The notes under the pieces were generated by a model that saw nothing but the letters and a program-made list of their open reading frames with translations, ran no database searches and had not been told where the DNA came from. DNA of 64,000 bases from Myxococcota bacterium (lineage in GTDB: Bacteria > Myxococcota_A > UBA796 > CAJQPC01), in NCBI GenBank assembly GCA_036012755.1, contig DASCPX010000009.1, positions 1 through 64,000 on the forward strand, read 5' to 3'. Every line of letters begins with the position of its first letter. Position 1 is the first letter of the stretch. Of this stretch, positions 46,385 through 56,379 are shown piece by piece. The position numbers and the translations under genes were made by a program.

Positions 46385-46911
46385 AGAACCTCCTGCTCGG
46401 CGTGAGCGGCGGCATCGCGGTCTACAAGGCCTGCGAGCTGACCTCGCTGGCCACGAAGGCTGGCTGGGACGTGCGGGTCGTGATGAGTGACAACGCCACC
46501 CGCTTCGTGGGGCCTGTGACCTTCGCGGGTCTGACGGGCAACCCCGTCCTCACCTCCACCTTCGACGACGCGATGGCCCACATCGACTGGCCGAAGTGGG
46601 CGACGGTCGCCTGCGTGGCGCCAGCCACCGCGAACAGCCTCGCCAAGCTCGCAAGCGGCATCGCGGACGACGTTCTGTCGACCACCCTGTTGGCACTTCG
46701 GCGAGGCACGCCCTGCGTCCTCGGGCCGGCGATGAACACCGAGATGTGGTGCAACCCCGCGGTCCAGCGAAACGTCGCGTGGCTCGCCGAGCAGGAGCGC
46801 TACACCATCGTGGACCCGGTCGAAAAGCGCCTGGCTTGCGGAGACGTCGGCGTCGGTGGGCTGGCCTCGCCAGGGGACCTGCTGGCTGCGATCGAGGGCG
46901 CGAGGGGTTAG
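46381..46911 (+). CDS. coaC: Monofunctional phosphopantothenoylcysteine decarboxylase (HFCD flavoprotein)
   Basis: GVSGGIA.YK, HI, APATAN..AK.A.GIAD, PAMNTEMW, LACGD.G.G; no CoaB half. Confidence 0.85.
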   Translation: MKNLLLGVSGGIAVYKACELTSLATKAGWDVRVVMSDNATRFVGPVTFAGLTGNPVLTSTFDDAMAHIDWPKWATVACVAPATANSLAKLASGIADDVLSTTLLALRRGTPCVLGPAMNTEMWCNPAVQRNVAWLAEQERYTIVDPVEKRLACGDVGVGGLASPGDLLAAIEGARG

Positions 46912-47029
46912 CTTGGGCCTGATGCGAGAGAACTCGAGCACCTGCATGTGTCCCGGCGCGACTCGACCGCGCTGCACTCGCTAGTCTCAACGCAATCCAA
47001 TCCGGGCTTCCGGCCCACCGAGTTCGACG

Positions 47030-47953
47030 ATGAACGCAAGTGCCCCCTGGCACGGCGAGGACGGGCTCCTCGGCCGTGTCGGAAACACCCCGCTGGTACG
47101 ACTGGAGAGCTTCGAGCTGCCAGACGGCGTCGAGCTCTACGCCAAGTGCGAGTGGTTCAACCCCGGCGGCTCGGTGAAGGACCGCGCGGCCGCCTCCATC
47201 ATCCTCGAGGCCGAGCGCTCCGGCCGGCTGCGGCCCGGCATGCGGCTGTTGGATGCCTCCTCCGGCAACACCGGCATCGCCTATGCCTGGATCGGAGCCA
47301 GGAGGGGCTATCCCCTCACCCTGTGCCTGCCGGCCAACGCCAACGCCGAGCGCCAGCGCACGCTCAGGGCCTACGGAGTGGAGCTCGAGCTGACCTCGCC
47401 CCTGGAGGGCTCCGACGGCGCCATCCTCAGAGCCCGCGAACTGGCCGACGACGAGCGCTTCTTCTACTGCTCCCAGTACGACAACGACGCAAACTGGCGA
47501 GCGCACCAGAGCTCGACGGGCCCCGAGATCTGGCGCGACACGCGCGGCCGGGTCACCCACTGGGTGGCGACCCTCGGCACGACCGGGACCTTCATGGGGA
47601 CCTCGCGCTTCCTGCGACCGCACGGGGTCGCCTGCATCGGAGTGCAGCCCGACTCGCCCTTTCACGGGCTGGAGGGGCTCAAGCACCTGGAGACGGCGAT
47701 CGTGCCCGGAATCTGGAACCCGGAGGGGCTGCTCGACGACACCCTCTGGGCCCCGACCGAGCGCTGCTACGAGCTGGTCCGACAGCTCGCGGCAGAGGAG
47801 GGCCTGCTCGTCGGCATCTCCAGCGGAGCCGCGGTCTGGGCGGCCCTGCAGGTGGCCAGGGGCCTGGAGAACGGCGTCGTCGTCACCCTCCTGCCGGACG
47901 GGGGCGACCGCTACCTCTCCGAGCCCCACGTCTGGGGGGAAGATGAAGATTGA
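47030..47953 (+). CDS. cysM: PLP-dependent cysteine synthase (CysM-like)
   Basis: VGNTPLV, K.E.FNPGGSVKDR, SSGNTGI, GTTGT, GISSGA, PD.G.RYLS. Confidence 0.85.
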   Translation: MNASAPWHGEDGLLGRVGNTPLVRLESFELPDGVELYAKCEWFNPGGSVKDRAAASIILEAERSGRLRPGMRLLDASSGNTGIAYAWIGARRGYPLTLCLPANANAERQRTLRAYGVELELTSPLEGSDGAILRARELADDERFFYCSQYDNDANWRAHQSSTGPEIWRDTRGRVTHWVATLGTTGTFMGTSRFLRPHGVACIGVQPDSPFHGLEGLKHLETAIVPGIWNPEGLLDDTLWAPTERCYELVRQLAAEEGLLVGISSGAAVWAALQVARGLENGVVVTLLPDGGDRYLSEPHVWGEDED

Positions 47954-48356
47954 GCGAGCCGAGCTCGACAAACTCTGGGCCCACGCGCGGCAGGGCTACC
48001 CCCACGAGGTGGTGGGCATCCTCGCCGGTGAGCGGGAGACCGGGCACGTCAGGCGCGTCCAGCCCCTGGTGAACGAGCGCGCCGATGCCGCCCACAACCG
48101 CTACCGCGTCAGCGGCCTGCTGCTGATGAGAGCCGAGCGCAGCCTGGAGGCAGAGGGCCTCCAGATCGTCGGCTACTACCACAGCCACCCGGATCATCCC
48201 GCGCGCTACTCCGAGACCGATCGGGACAACGCGCTGCCCAACACGAGCTACCTGATCACCGCCGTGAAAGGCGGGGAGATAGCAGACACCCTCAGCTGGC
48301 GCCTGGAGGAGGACCGCTCCTCCATGGTCGCCGAAGACATCGAGATCCTGCCCTAG
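47943..48356 (+). CDS. mec: JAMM/MPN+ metallopeptidase (M67, Mec-like)
   Basis: YP.E..G, YHSHPD.PA.YS.TD (HxHx7Sx2D). Confidence 0.88.
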   Translation: MKIERAELDKLWAHARQGYPHEVVGILAGERETGHVRRVQPLVNERADAAHNRYRVSGLLLMRAERSLEAEGLQIVGYYHSHPDHPARYSETDRDNALPNTSYLITAVKGGEIADTLSWRLEEDRSSMVAEDIEILP

Positions 48357-48374
48357 GGCCCGGAGACAACGACC

Positions 48375-48653
48375 ATGGCCACCATCCACATCCCCACCCC
48401 GCTCCGCCCCTACACCGACGGCAACGCCTCGGTCGATGTCGGCGGCAGCACCGTCGGCGAGGCCCTCGCGGCGCTGACGAGGACCCATCCTCGGCTGACG
48501 AAGCACCTTCGAGGTGACAACGGCAAGCTGCGCAGCTTCGTCAACGTCTACCTCGGCGACGAGGACATCCGCTTCCTCGACAAGGAGGCGACCCCCCTGG
48601 GAGAGGGGGACGAGCTGACCATCGTCCCGTCGATCGCCGGGGGTGTACGGTGA
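48375..48653 (+). CDS. Ubiquitin-like sulfur carrier (MoaD/ThiS/CysO family) with C-terminal GG-VR
   Basis: IPTPLR..T, TVGEAL, FVNVY...EDIR, IVPSIAGG followed by VR; GGAG SD. Confidence 0.9.
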   Translation: MATIHIPTPLRPYTDGNASVDVGGSTVGEALAALTRTHPRLTKHLRGDNGKLRSFVNVYLGDEDIRFLDKEATPLGEGDELTIVPSIAGGVR

Positions 48654-49798
48654 CCCTGCCCCTGCTCGAAGCGCCGGAGATCGCAAGGTATTCGCGCCAT
48701 CTCATCCTCGACGAGGTCGGCATGGAGGGCCAGCGCCGGCTGAAGGGCAGCTCCGTGCTCTGTGTGGGCACCGGCGGCTTGGGCTCGCCGCTGTTGATGT
48801 ACCTGGCGGCGGCTGGAGTCGGCCGCATCGGCATCGTCGACTTCGACGTCGTCGACGAGTCCAACCTCCAGCGACAGATCATCCACGGCACCTCGAGCCT
48901 GGGGCGACCCAAGGTGCAGTCCGCCGTCGAGCGCTTGGGAGACATCAACCCCTTCGTCCGCCTCGACGTCTACGAAGAGGCCCTGACCTCCGACAACGCG
49001 CTGGCCATCCTGGAGCCCTACGACGTCGTCGTCGACGGCACCGACAACTTCCCCACGCGCTACCTCGTCAACGACGCCTGCGTGATCCTCGGCAAGCCGA
49101 ACGTCTACGGCTCGATTTTCAAGTTCGAGGGCCAGGCGAGCGTCTTCAACTACCAGGGCGGGCCGAACTACCGCGACCTGTACCCGGAGCCCCCGCCTCC
49201 AGGGCTGGTGCCGTCGTGCGCGGAGGGAGGCGTGCTGGGGATCCTCCCTGGCGTCATCGGCTGCATCCAGGCGACCGAGACGATCAAGATCCTGCTCGGT
49301 CGAGGGAACACCCTCTCCGGTCGGCTCATGCTCTACAACGCCCTGGACATGAGCTTCCGCGAGCTCAAGCTGCGCCGCGACCCGGACGCCCCGGCGATCA
49401 CCGAGCTCATCGATTACGTGCAGTTCTGCGGCGTGCCTCACAACGACCACGAGACGGTCGGCTCGGTGGGCGAGGGCTTCGGCCGCATCAGCGTGGCCGA
49501 GGCGAAGGCCCGCCTCGACTCGGGGTGGGCGCCCTATGTCCTGGACGTGCGCCGTCCCAACGAGGCGGACATCGTGGCCTTCGACTTCTCCGACCGCCTC
49601 CAGCCCCACGGGATGGTGCTCGACATCGCCGAGGAGCTCCCGCGAGATCGGGACATCCTCGTGCACTGCAAGATGGGAGCGCGCTCCGCCACTGCCTGCT
49701 CGATGCTCGCCGGCGCCGGCTTCGAGCGGCTCTACAACCTCGAGGGCGGCATCGTCGGCTGGGCAAGGGAGATCGACTCCTCGCTGCCGGTGTATTGA
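48650..49798 (+). CDS. moeZ: MoeB/MoeZ-type adenylyltransferase with C-terminal rhodanese domain
   Basis: RYSRH, GTGGLGSP, SNLQRQ, DGTDNF.TRY, SCAEGGVLG, LDVR...E, HCKMGARS, NLEGGI..W. Confidence 0.9.
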   Translation: MTLPLLEAPEIARYSRHLILDEVGMEGQRRLKGSSVLCVGTGGLGSPLLMYLAAAGVGRIGIVDFDVVDESNLQRQIIHGTSSLGRPKVQSAVERLGDINPFVRLDVYEEALTSDNALAILEPYDVVVDGTDNFPTRYLVNDACVILGKPNVYGSIFKFEGQASVFNYQGGPNYRDLYPEPPPPGLVPSCAEGGVLGILPGVIGCIQATETIKILLGRGNTLSGRLMLYNALDMSFRELKLRRDPDAPAITELIDYVQFCGVPHNDHETVGSVGEGFGRISVAEAKARLDSGWAPYVLDVRRPNEADIVAFDFSDRLQPHGMVLDIAEELPRDRDILVHCKMGARSATACSMLAGAGFERLYNLEGGIVGWAREIDSSLPVY

Positions 49799-50538
49799 CC
49801 CTCGCGCTCGCCGCCCTGTTCATCGCCTTCGCGCAGGTCGTGCGAGGCGTCACGGGCTTCGGGTCGGCGCTGGTCGGCGTCCCGCTGTTGGCTGCTCTCT
49901 ACGGGCCGCGCACCGCCATCTTCGTGATGGCAGCCACGGACCTCGTCGGCAGCGGGCCCCTCATCTGGGACGTGCGCCGCCAGCTCAGGGTGCTGGTTCT
50001 CGCGGCGCTGCTGCCCGGATCGATCCTCGGCCAGCACGTCGGCACCGAGCTGCTGCTGATCCTCGACGAGGCCGTCGTGAAGGCAGTGCTTGCCACGGTC
50101 GTCGCCATCTTCGCGGTCCGCATGGTGTGGAGACCGGTGCGCACCGGCCGCGGCGAGCTCCTCGACCTGCCCGAGAACAAAGGCACCGTGCTCGGAGTCG
50201 GGGCCATCGCCGGAGCCATCGGCGGGGTCATCTCCGGACTCGTCGGAGCCGGAGGCCCACCCGTCGTGATCTGGGCCAGGCACTTCTTCGCCCCGCCGCT
50301 GTTCCGGTCCCAGCTCATCTGGATCTTCTTCTTCACGGGCGCCACGCTGACCGGGATGCTCTGGTTCAAGGGCGCCGTCGACGAAGGCACGCCGCTGTTG
50401 GCCACGCTCCTGGTGGTCCCGATGCTCATCGGAAACCGCCTCGGCGCCTGGCTCGCGCCGAAGATCCCGCCTGCGGCCTTCGGGCGCCTGGTAGGGCTCA
50501 TCCTCCTGGGGACTGCGGGCCTGATGGTCAGCGGCTGA
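49795..50538 (+). CDS. Sulfite exporter TauE/SafE family membrane protein
   Basis: TTGA overlap with moeZ; G.TGFG.ALV..P and G..GAGGPP motifs; multiple hydrophobic helices. Confidence 0.85.
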   Translation: MTLALAALFIAFAQVVRGVTGFGSALVGVPLLAALYGPRTAIFVMAATDLVGSGPLIWDVRRQLRVLVLAALLPGSILGQHVGTELLLILDEAVVKAVLATVVAIFAVRMVWRPVRTGRGELLDLPENKGTVLGVGAIAGAIGGVISGLVGAGGPPVVIWARHFFAPPLFRSQLIWIFFFTGATLTGMLWFKGAVDEGTPLLATLLVVPMLIGNRLGAWLAPKIPPAAFGRLVGLILLGTAGLMVSG

Positions 50539-51412
50539 GCACCACCATGGCCTCGACGTGGTGGGTGCCGGGGAACATGTCGAAGCCGACGGCGCGGGTG
50601 ACGCGGTAGCCGGCCTTCAGCGCGACGCTTGCATCTCGTTGCAGGCTGCGCGGGTTGCAGCTGACATAGACGATGCCCTTCGGGCGGGTCGGCAAGAGCT
50701 GGTCGAGCACACGGGGGGCTCCCCCCCGCGGCGGATCGAGCAAGGCCACGTCGAAGGCAGCGTCTCCGGCGCGGAACGAGCTGGCGTCGGCGGTGCGGGC
50801 GTCGATGTCCAAGCCGTGCCGCTTCGCCGTGTCCCTAGCGTCCCGCATGGCGGAGCCGGCGACCTCGATGAGGGTGACGGGCTGGACATCGGCGAAGCAG
50901 AGGCTGAGGTTGCCGATGCCGGCGTAGAGATCGAGGACGCGGCTCGGCGAGAGCCCCAGCACGGCGTCTCGGACCTCTTCGACGAGGACAGCGTTCACCT
51001 CGAGGTTGACCTGGTAGAAGCTGCCCGGGCTCACCCGCAGGCGGAGGCCTTGGACCTCGAGCCAGAGCTGGGGATCCCCGACCACCGCCTTGCCCCGACA
51101 AGCCGCCGGATAGCCGAGGTCGGCCAGGCGCTGCCGTGGTCCGATGCCGTTGAGCACGACCTTCGAGCCGTCGCTGCGGATCTCGAGGCGCTCGACGGTG
51201 CCGAGGTCCCGCTGCGCCAGCTCCCGGAGCGCTGCGTCGACCTCTTCGCGCGCCAGGGGTTCGTGCTCGATGGCGCGAAACGTGCGGCTGCGCCGCTCCA
51301 TCACCCCGACTCGCCCGCCGACCACGTTCAGGTCGATGCGCGCCCGGTAGCCCGTCTGGCGGGGTGAGCTCACCCACCGATCGAGGCGCCGACCCAAAAG
51401 TTCGCTCAACAT
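50528..51412 (-). CDS. RNA (uracil-5)-methyltransferase, TrmA/RlmD family, short form
   Basis: YR.R, SFYQVN, LDLYAG.G, DPPR.G, YVSCNP..L.RD, DMFP.T.HVE; lacks TRAM/Fe-S N-terminus. Confidence 0.85.
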   Translation of the reverse strand: MLSELLGRRLDRWVSSPRQTGYRARIDLNVVGGRVGVMERRSRTFRAIEHEPLAREEVDAALRELAQRDLGTVERLEIRSDGSKVVLNGIGPRQRLADLGYPAACRGKAVVGDPQLWLEVQGLRLRVSPGSFYQVNLEVNAVLVEEVRDAVLGLSPSRVLDLYAGIGNLSLCFADVQPVTLIEVAGSAMRDARDTAKRHGLDIDARTADASSFRAGDAAFDVALLDPPRGGAPRVLDQLLPTRPKGIVYVSCNPRSLQRDASVALKAGYRVTRAVGFDMFPGTHHVEAMVVLSR

Positions 51413-51449
51413 CGGGTAGCTTCATGCCATAGACGGGACACGGGACCGA

Positions 51450-51977
51450 ATGATCACTTTTCGAAAGTCGCAGGGCCTGCTCGTCGTGAGCATGGCCGAA
51501 GGAGCCGTGGTCGGCAAGCTGGACGACTTCCAGTTCGACCTCGAGGACCGCACGATCTACGGCTACCGCATCAAGGGCTCGGGCATGTTCTCGAAGACCG
51601 GCGGCATCGTGGCCGAGAAGCTGGTGAAGGTCGGGCGACACGTGGTCTTCATCTCCTCCGAGGCTGACGTGGAGTGGACCACCGCTGCCCGCCACGCCGA
51701 AGAGGGCCGCGCGTGGGCCAGCCAGTACACGGGCACCCGCGTGATGAGCCGACGCGGCACGATGATGGGCGAGGTGGACGACTTCGTCTTCGATCCCGAG
51801 GAGGACAAGGTCCTGGCGCTCTACCTGGACCACAACCGCGTGGTCGAGATCGGCGACGCGGTGACGACAGGGCCAGCGGCCTGCATCCTGGACGCCTCGG
51901 CGGTGCGCGAGGTCCCGGGAGAGAGCCACGAGCCCAAGTCATGGTGGTCGAGGCTCACAGAGAGCGACGACGACTGA
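51450..51977 (+). CDS. Tandem PRC-barrel domain protein
   Basis: Two G..V....G...G...D..FD repeats. Confidence 0.8.
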   Translation: MITFRKSQGLLVVSMAEGAVVGKLDDFQFDLEDRTIYGYRIKGSGMFSKTGGIVAEKLVKVGRHVVFISSEADVEWTTAARHAEEGRAWASQYTGTRVMSRRGTMMGEVDDFVFDPEEDKVLALYLDHNRVVEIGDAVTTGPAACILDASAVREVPGESHEPKSWWSRLTESDDD

Positions 51978-52103
51978 AGGGTCGCGTGTCAGCTGTAGTT
52001 GTCGTCGGCCCAGTCGGCCGACGGGGGGCCCGGCAACTCGCTCTCGGTGAAACAGCACGCCTGCGTGCAATCTGGACGAGGCTGACGCGCAGGGTCCCCG
52101 AGA

Positions 52104-52235
<132 letters not shown>

Positions 52236-52258
52236 CATCAGGACGTCACCGCCCACCC

Positions 52259-52897
52259 CTAGGGAGCCACCAGCTGGAGCTCCAGCGAGTCTGCGCTCGA
52301 ACGAGGCTCGCCCAGGGCTCGGGCGACGCAGGCCATGTCATCGGCGGTCAGGCCATCGACGAAGCCCTGGAAGCGCACGAGGCGCGCTTCGCTGGTCTTG
52401 TCGTAGAGCACCTCGACCGGGATCGGCGGCAGGCTCGGGTGGAGTGAGCAGCCAGCCAGCGCCCCGGTCGCCGAGGCAAGGGCGTCAGGGGGCCAGTCCG
52501 CGCCGCGGATCTCCAGCGGGCGGGGGTCCGTGACCACCGGGTCGGAGACGTCGTGGGCGTGGAGCGGGTCGTGGACGATCTGCCAGCCAACGTACGGCGG
52601 CTCGTGGGATGACCAGGTGAGCACCTCGCCATCGGTGAGCGTGTAGCCGCTCCTCCACTCCAGGCCTGCGGTGCGCATCCAGGTGCGCTCGCCGCCTTCG
52701 ATGGCTTCGTCGTGCCGGCGGAGCGCCCGGTGGACGACGCCGGCCTGCTCGCAGAGGAGGACCTCGTCGAGCCATCCGCAGCGCTCCAGCACGCCGAAGG
52801 GCCAGTCCTTGTCCTCGACGATGCCAGCAGGCAAGGGCCCGCCGAAGTGATCGGGGGCCCACCATGGTCCGTCAGCGGCGAGCAGAAGCAGTAGCAT
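52259..52897 (-). CDS. Hypothetical exported protein
   Basis: MLLLLLAA start, TACGCT 7 nt upstream; no motif recognised. Confidence 0.55.
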   Translation of the reverse strand: MLLLLLAADGPWWAPDHFGGPLPAGIVEDKDWPFGVLERCGWLDEVLLCEQAGVVHRALRRHDEAIEGGERTWMRTAGLEWRSGYTLTDGEVLTWSSHEPPYVGWQIVHDPLHAHDVSDPVVTDPRPLEIRGADWPPDALASATGALAGCSLHPSLPPIPVEVLYDKTSEARLVRFQGFVDGLTADDMACVARALGEPRSSADSLELQLVAP

Positions 52898-52950
52898 CTA
52901 CCTGAGCGTACGCGACACACCGCGGCGCCATTCGAGATAGAGAGGCCGCC

Positions 52951-54861
52951 GTGAGGGCGCCGAGCCAGCGAGTCCAGAGCGTGCTTCGGTGCGCGGCGAT
53001 GGGGGCGGCCTTCGGGCTCGTCACCCTCGGTGCAGAAGAGGTGCTCCACTGGCTCCTGCGCCACCCCAACCTGCGCGCAGGCGAGATCCTCCAGATCCTG
53101 CCCTTCTACGTGTTCCTGGCCTCCATCGCCGGGGCCTTGGTGGGTGCCGCTGGCCTCCGGGGAGTCGCGGCCGCGCTCTGGGTCTGGTCAGCGTGGCTCG
53201 GCATGCTCTTCGCTGGCGGTGCCTACGCCGCCTTCGGCATCGCAGGCTTGCCCATGGTGGTCTTCGGGATCCTCGCCGCGGTCGTGGTGGTGCTGTTCTT
53301 GACCCGCTCCCGCGACGAGCTCCGCTGGGGTGCCCTCGCCGGCGGCTTCGCATGGAGCGTCGGCGTCCTGGTGCTGAACAACAGCGGCCTGGGCACGACC
53401 TTCTCTGCCAGGCGGCTCCTCGTCAACATCGGCCTGGCGGTCATCGGCGTCGCGATGACCCTGGGCATCGGAAAGGGCCTGGAGCGCTTCGATCGCGAGC
53501 CGCGGCCAGGCGTAATGGCGTTCTTGCTGGCTGTCCTGCTCTGGGTGGTGCGCGCCCTGTTGCCGAACCCCACCGCCATCGATCTGCCCGGTCAGGCGAC
53601 CAAGGGTCACGAGGGGCCTGCCGTCCTCGTCGTGCTCGTGGACGGGCTGCGCGCGGACCACGTCGGCTACTTCGGCTACCCCGGCGAGACCACGCCCTTC
53701 CTCGACAAGCTGGCCTCGAAGAGCATCAGCTACGAACACGCCTACGCCAGCGCTCCGTGGTCACTGCCTGCCGCCGCGACGGTGTTCACCGGCCTGTACC
53801 CCTCTGCCCATGGCGCCGGAGAGAACCCGAACGGGGGCTTCGCACCACTCTCCGCCGACAAGCGCACCGTCGGCGAGTACTACCACGACGCCGGGTACGT
53901 GACCGCGCTGGTCGTCACCCGCCCCGAGTACCGCCAAGGCAGCGGCCTGGGGCAGGGCTTCGACTACCACCGCAGCGTCTCCGGACTCGCCCACGAGCCG
54001 GCCCTGCTGGCCACGCTCGACGCCGTGGGTGTCCCGATCCTCGGCGTGCGGGCCCACCCGGGCGCGGACCTCGTCACCGACAAGGCCGTCGAGTTCATCG
54101 GATCGCGACAAGGCCCGGGCTGGTTGCTGGTCGTGCAGTACAGCGATCTGCTCGGTGACCGCACCGCTCCGGACGAGTACCTCCGCGAGGGCGGTGATCC
54201 CCTCGCCGAGGCCTATGACGCCGAGCTCCGCTTCCTGGACCGCCACCTCAAGAGGCTGGTGAGGAACACCCCCGATGATGCATGGATCGTACTGGTGGGG
54301 ACCTACGGGGTGCACCTCGGCGAGCGGGACGCCGTCGAGTCGCCAGAGGTCGGCAACGACCTCTTCCAGGAGAACCTGCGGGTCCCGCTCCTGGTCTTCA
54401 AGCCGCGCAACCTCAAGCCGGTCACCGTCGTGCGCAACGTGCGGACGGCCGATGTTCTGCCGTCCCTGGTCGAGGTCATCGGGGGTTCCCTCCGCATCCG
54501 AACCGACGGCGATGTGCTCGACGAGGTCTTCGGCTTCGACCTTCCCCTGCAGGAGCGCCCGGCGATCTCCAGCGCGGTCATCGGCGAGCCCGACACGATC
54601 GCGGTCCGCTCCGAGCAGTACAAGCTCATCTGGCGCGACGGCACCATCGAGCTCTACGACATCGCCCTCGATCCCGGGGAGCAAGACGACCTCGCCGACG
54701 AGCAGCCCGAGCTCGCAGAGCGCATCTCCTGGGCCCTGCCAGGGATCGAGCGCCCGGTGGCCGACGACGATCTCGACGGCGTGCGCGAACACTTCGAGGA
54801 CCGCTTCAACCCCGAGGTCGTGCCCGAACGCGGCGACACGGGGGCCGTCGAGCCCGAGTAG
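52951..54861 (+). CDS. Membrane-anchored sulfatase-like hydrolase/transferase (alkaline phosphatase superfamily)
   Basis: N-terminal TM helices; VDGLRADH, TPFLD.LA, PWSLPA....FTGLYP..HG, YD.E...LD, RVPL, ELYD...DPGE. Confidence 0.8.
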   Translation: MRAPSQRVQSVLRCAAMGAAFGLVTLGAEEVLHWLLRHPNLRAGEILQILPFYVFLASIAGALVGAAGLRGVAAALWVWSAWLGMLFAGGAYAAFGIAGLPMVVFGILAAVVVVLFLTRSRDELRWGALAGGFAWSVGVLVLNNSGLGTTFSARRLLVNIGLAVIGVAMTLGIGKGLERFDREPRPGVMAFLLAVLLWVVRALLPNPTAIDLPGQATKGHEGPAVLVVLVDGLRADHVGYFGYPGETTPFLDKLASKSISYEHAYASAPWSLPAAATVFTGLYPSAHGAGENPNGGFAPLSADKRTVGEYYHDAGYVTALVVTRPEYRQGSGLGQGFDYHRSVSGLAHEPALLATLDAVGVPILGVRAHPGADLVTDKAVEFIGSRQGPGWLLVVQYSDLLGDRTAPDEYLREGGDPLAEAYDAELRFLDRHLKRLVRNTPDDAWIVLVGTYGVHLGERDAVESPEVGNDLFQENLRVPLLVFKPRNLKPVTVVRNVRTADVLPSLVEVIGGSLRIRTDGDVLDEVFGFDLPLQERPAISSAVIGEPDTIAVRSEQYKLIWRDGTIELYDIALDPGEQDDLADEQPELAERISWALPGIERPVADDDLDGVREHFEDRFNPEVVPERGDTGAVEPE

Positions 54862-54870
54862 GTTCTGTCC

Positions 54871-56379
54871 ATGTGGTGGCAACTCGCCTGCAGCCAACCA
54901 GAACCCCCGCCCCCCGCTCTGGTCCCCGAGCAGGTCTGGGTGGAGTTCGATGACGAGGGCACGCGCTTTGTCGCCCACTGCCGCTCTGACCCGACCATCG
55001 ACGCGGAGCCCGAGTGGCTCGTCGACGGCGCCCCGGGCACACCGGACGAGCTGGAGTGCCGCACCGCGGTGGCCTGCTCCCTGGGCGGGCGGCTGTCCGA
55101 GGCCTATCGCCCGGACGAGCAGTTCGACGCAGTCCTTCGCGCGAGGGCAATCGAAGACGCGTTGCTCTGCGAGGTCACCTGCGGGACCCACGCCGACGCG
55201 GCCTTCGACATCGGCTGGGACGGACGCCCCGGAGCGCTGTTGTGGCCCCAGGCACGGGCTGAGCAGAACACCTGCCAGGCCGAGGGGCCCGTGACGGTGG
55301 AGATCGTCGTCGAGGCAGGCCCCGCCTCGGCGATCGAAGAGATCGAGCTCCACGGACCAGGGGGCGACTTCGGCTTCGCGCTCGGGCACGGCGACGTGGA
55401 CGGGGACGGAGCGCGCGACCTCGCCATCGGCGCTCCGAAGGCTGGCGAGATGACCTACGCGGGACAGCTCTTCGTCCTCTCGGGGCTGGAGCTGGGCGTC
55501 CCGACGGTCGAGGTCACGGAGCCTGTGTTCGAGGGAGGCGCCGTGGCCGCCTACGTCGGCTGGAGCGTCGCCGCTTCGGACCTCGACGATGACGGCCTCG
55601 ACGAGCTGCTCGTCGGCGCGCCCGGGAGCGGGGAGCTCGCACACCGGGGAGGCGCCGCCCACCTGCTCTCCGGCGGCGAGGTGAGCGAGAGCTGGTACGG
55701 ACCGGTCACCTACGGCTGGGGGGCCGTAGACGTCGCGGCCACCAGCGAGGTGCTCATCGCCGGCGCCTACGGGGTCGAGGACAACGCCGGCGCCGCGTAC
55801 TCGCTGCTGTCGTCCGGACTCGACGAGGCCTTCGTGAACGGCGATGTCGCCACCGGGTACCTGGGCCTGGCGGTGGCCTTCGCCGGGGACACCGACGGCG
55901 ACGGCCTCGACGAGTGGGCTGCCGGCGCCCCCGGGGCGGACGCCGTCGCCCTCGTCGAAGAAGAGGACATCGACTGGCTCTTCGGACCGGCCGGGAGCTA
56001 CTTCGGGTGGGACGTCGCTGGGGTAGGTGACTTCGACGGGGACGGCCTCGACGACGTCCTGGTAGCCGCTCCGCTCGCGGACCAGGCCTGGGTCGGAGAC
56101 CGCTCGATCGACATCGACGCCCGCAGCGTGGCCGGGCACGGCGACCAGGACGGAGACGGCCACACCGAGCTGCTCCTCGGCGAGCCGGGCCAGGGCACGG
56201 TCTGGATGGTCCACGACGACGGCACGCTGGTGTCGCTGCAGAAGGGTGAGAACTTCGGGTGGTCGGTGCTCAGCGTGCCGGATCTCGACGGCGACGGCCT
56301 CGACGAGATCCTCGTCGGCGCGCTGGATGACGACGACGGGCCCCAGCCCTCGATCCTGTGGATGTCACCGCAGGACTGA
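54871..56379 (+). CDS. FG-GAP repeat lipoprotein
   Basis: MWWQLAC; multiple FG...GD.DGDG..(D/E)...GAP repeats. Confidence 0.8.
   Translation: MWWQLACSQPEPPPPALVPEQVWVEFDDEGTRFVAHCRSDPTIDAEPEWLVDGAPGTPDELECRTAVACSLGGRLSEAYRPDEQFDAVLRARAIEDALLCEVTCGTHADAAFDIGWDGRPGALLWPQARAEQNTCQAEGPVTVEIVVEAGPASAIEEIELHGPGGDFGFALGHGDVDGDGARDLAIGAPKAGEMTYAGQLFVLSGLELGVPTVEVTEPVFEGGAVAAYVGWSVAASDLDDDGLDELLVGAPGSGELAHRGGAAHLLSGGEVSESWYGPVTYGWGAVDVAATSEVLIAGAYGVEDNAGAAYSLLSSGLDEAFVNGDVATGYLGLAVAFAGDTDGDGLDEWAAGAPGADAVALVEEEDIDWLFGPAGSYFGWDVAGVGDFDGDGLDDVLVAAPLADQAWVGDRSIDIDARSVAGHGDQDGDGHTELLLGEPGQGTVWMVHDDGTLVSLQKGENFGWSVLSVPDLDGDGLDEILVGALDDDDGPQPSILWMSPQD

Noticed and set aside
46381..46911. LanD-type RiPP decarboxylase for the Hxs precursor
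   Set aside because: It has the CoaC-type ACGD.G.G clamp, lies 10 kb from the cluster, and the precursor ends in Trp, not Cys.
46912..47029. Riboswitch upstream of the cysteine synthase operon
   Set aside because: No recognisable SAM or T-box consensus; only a possible TAGTCT -10 element.
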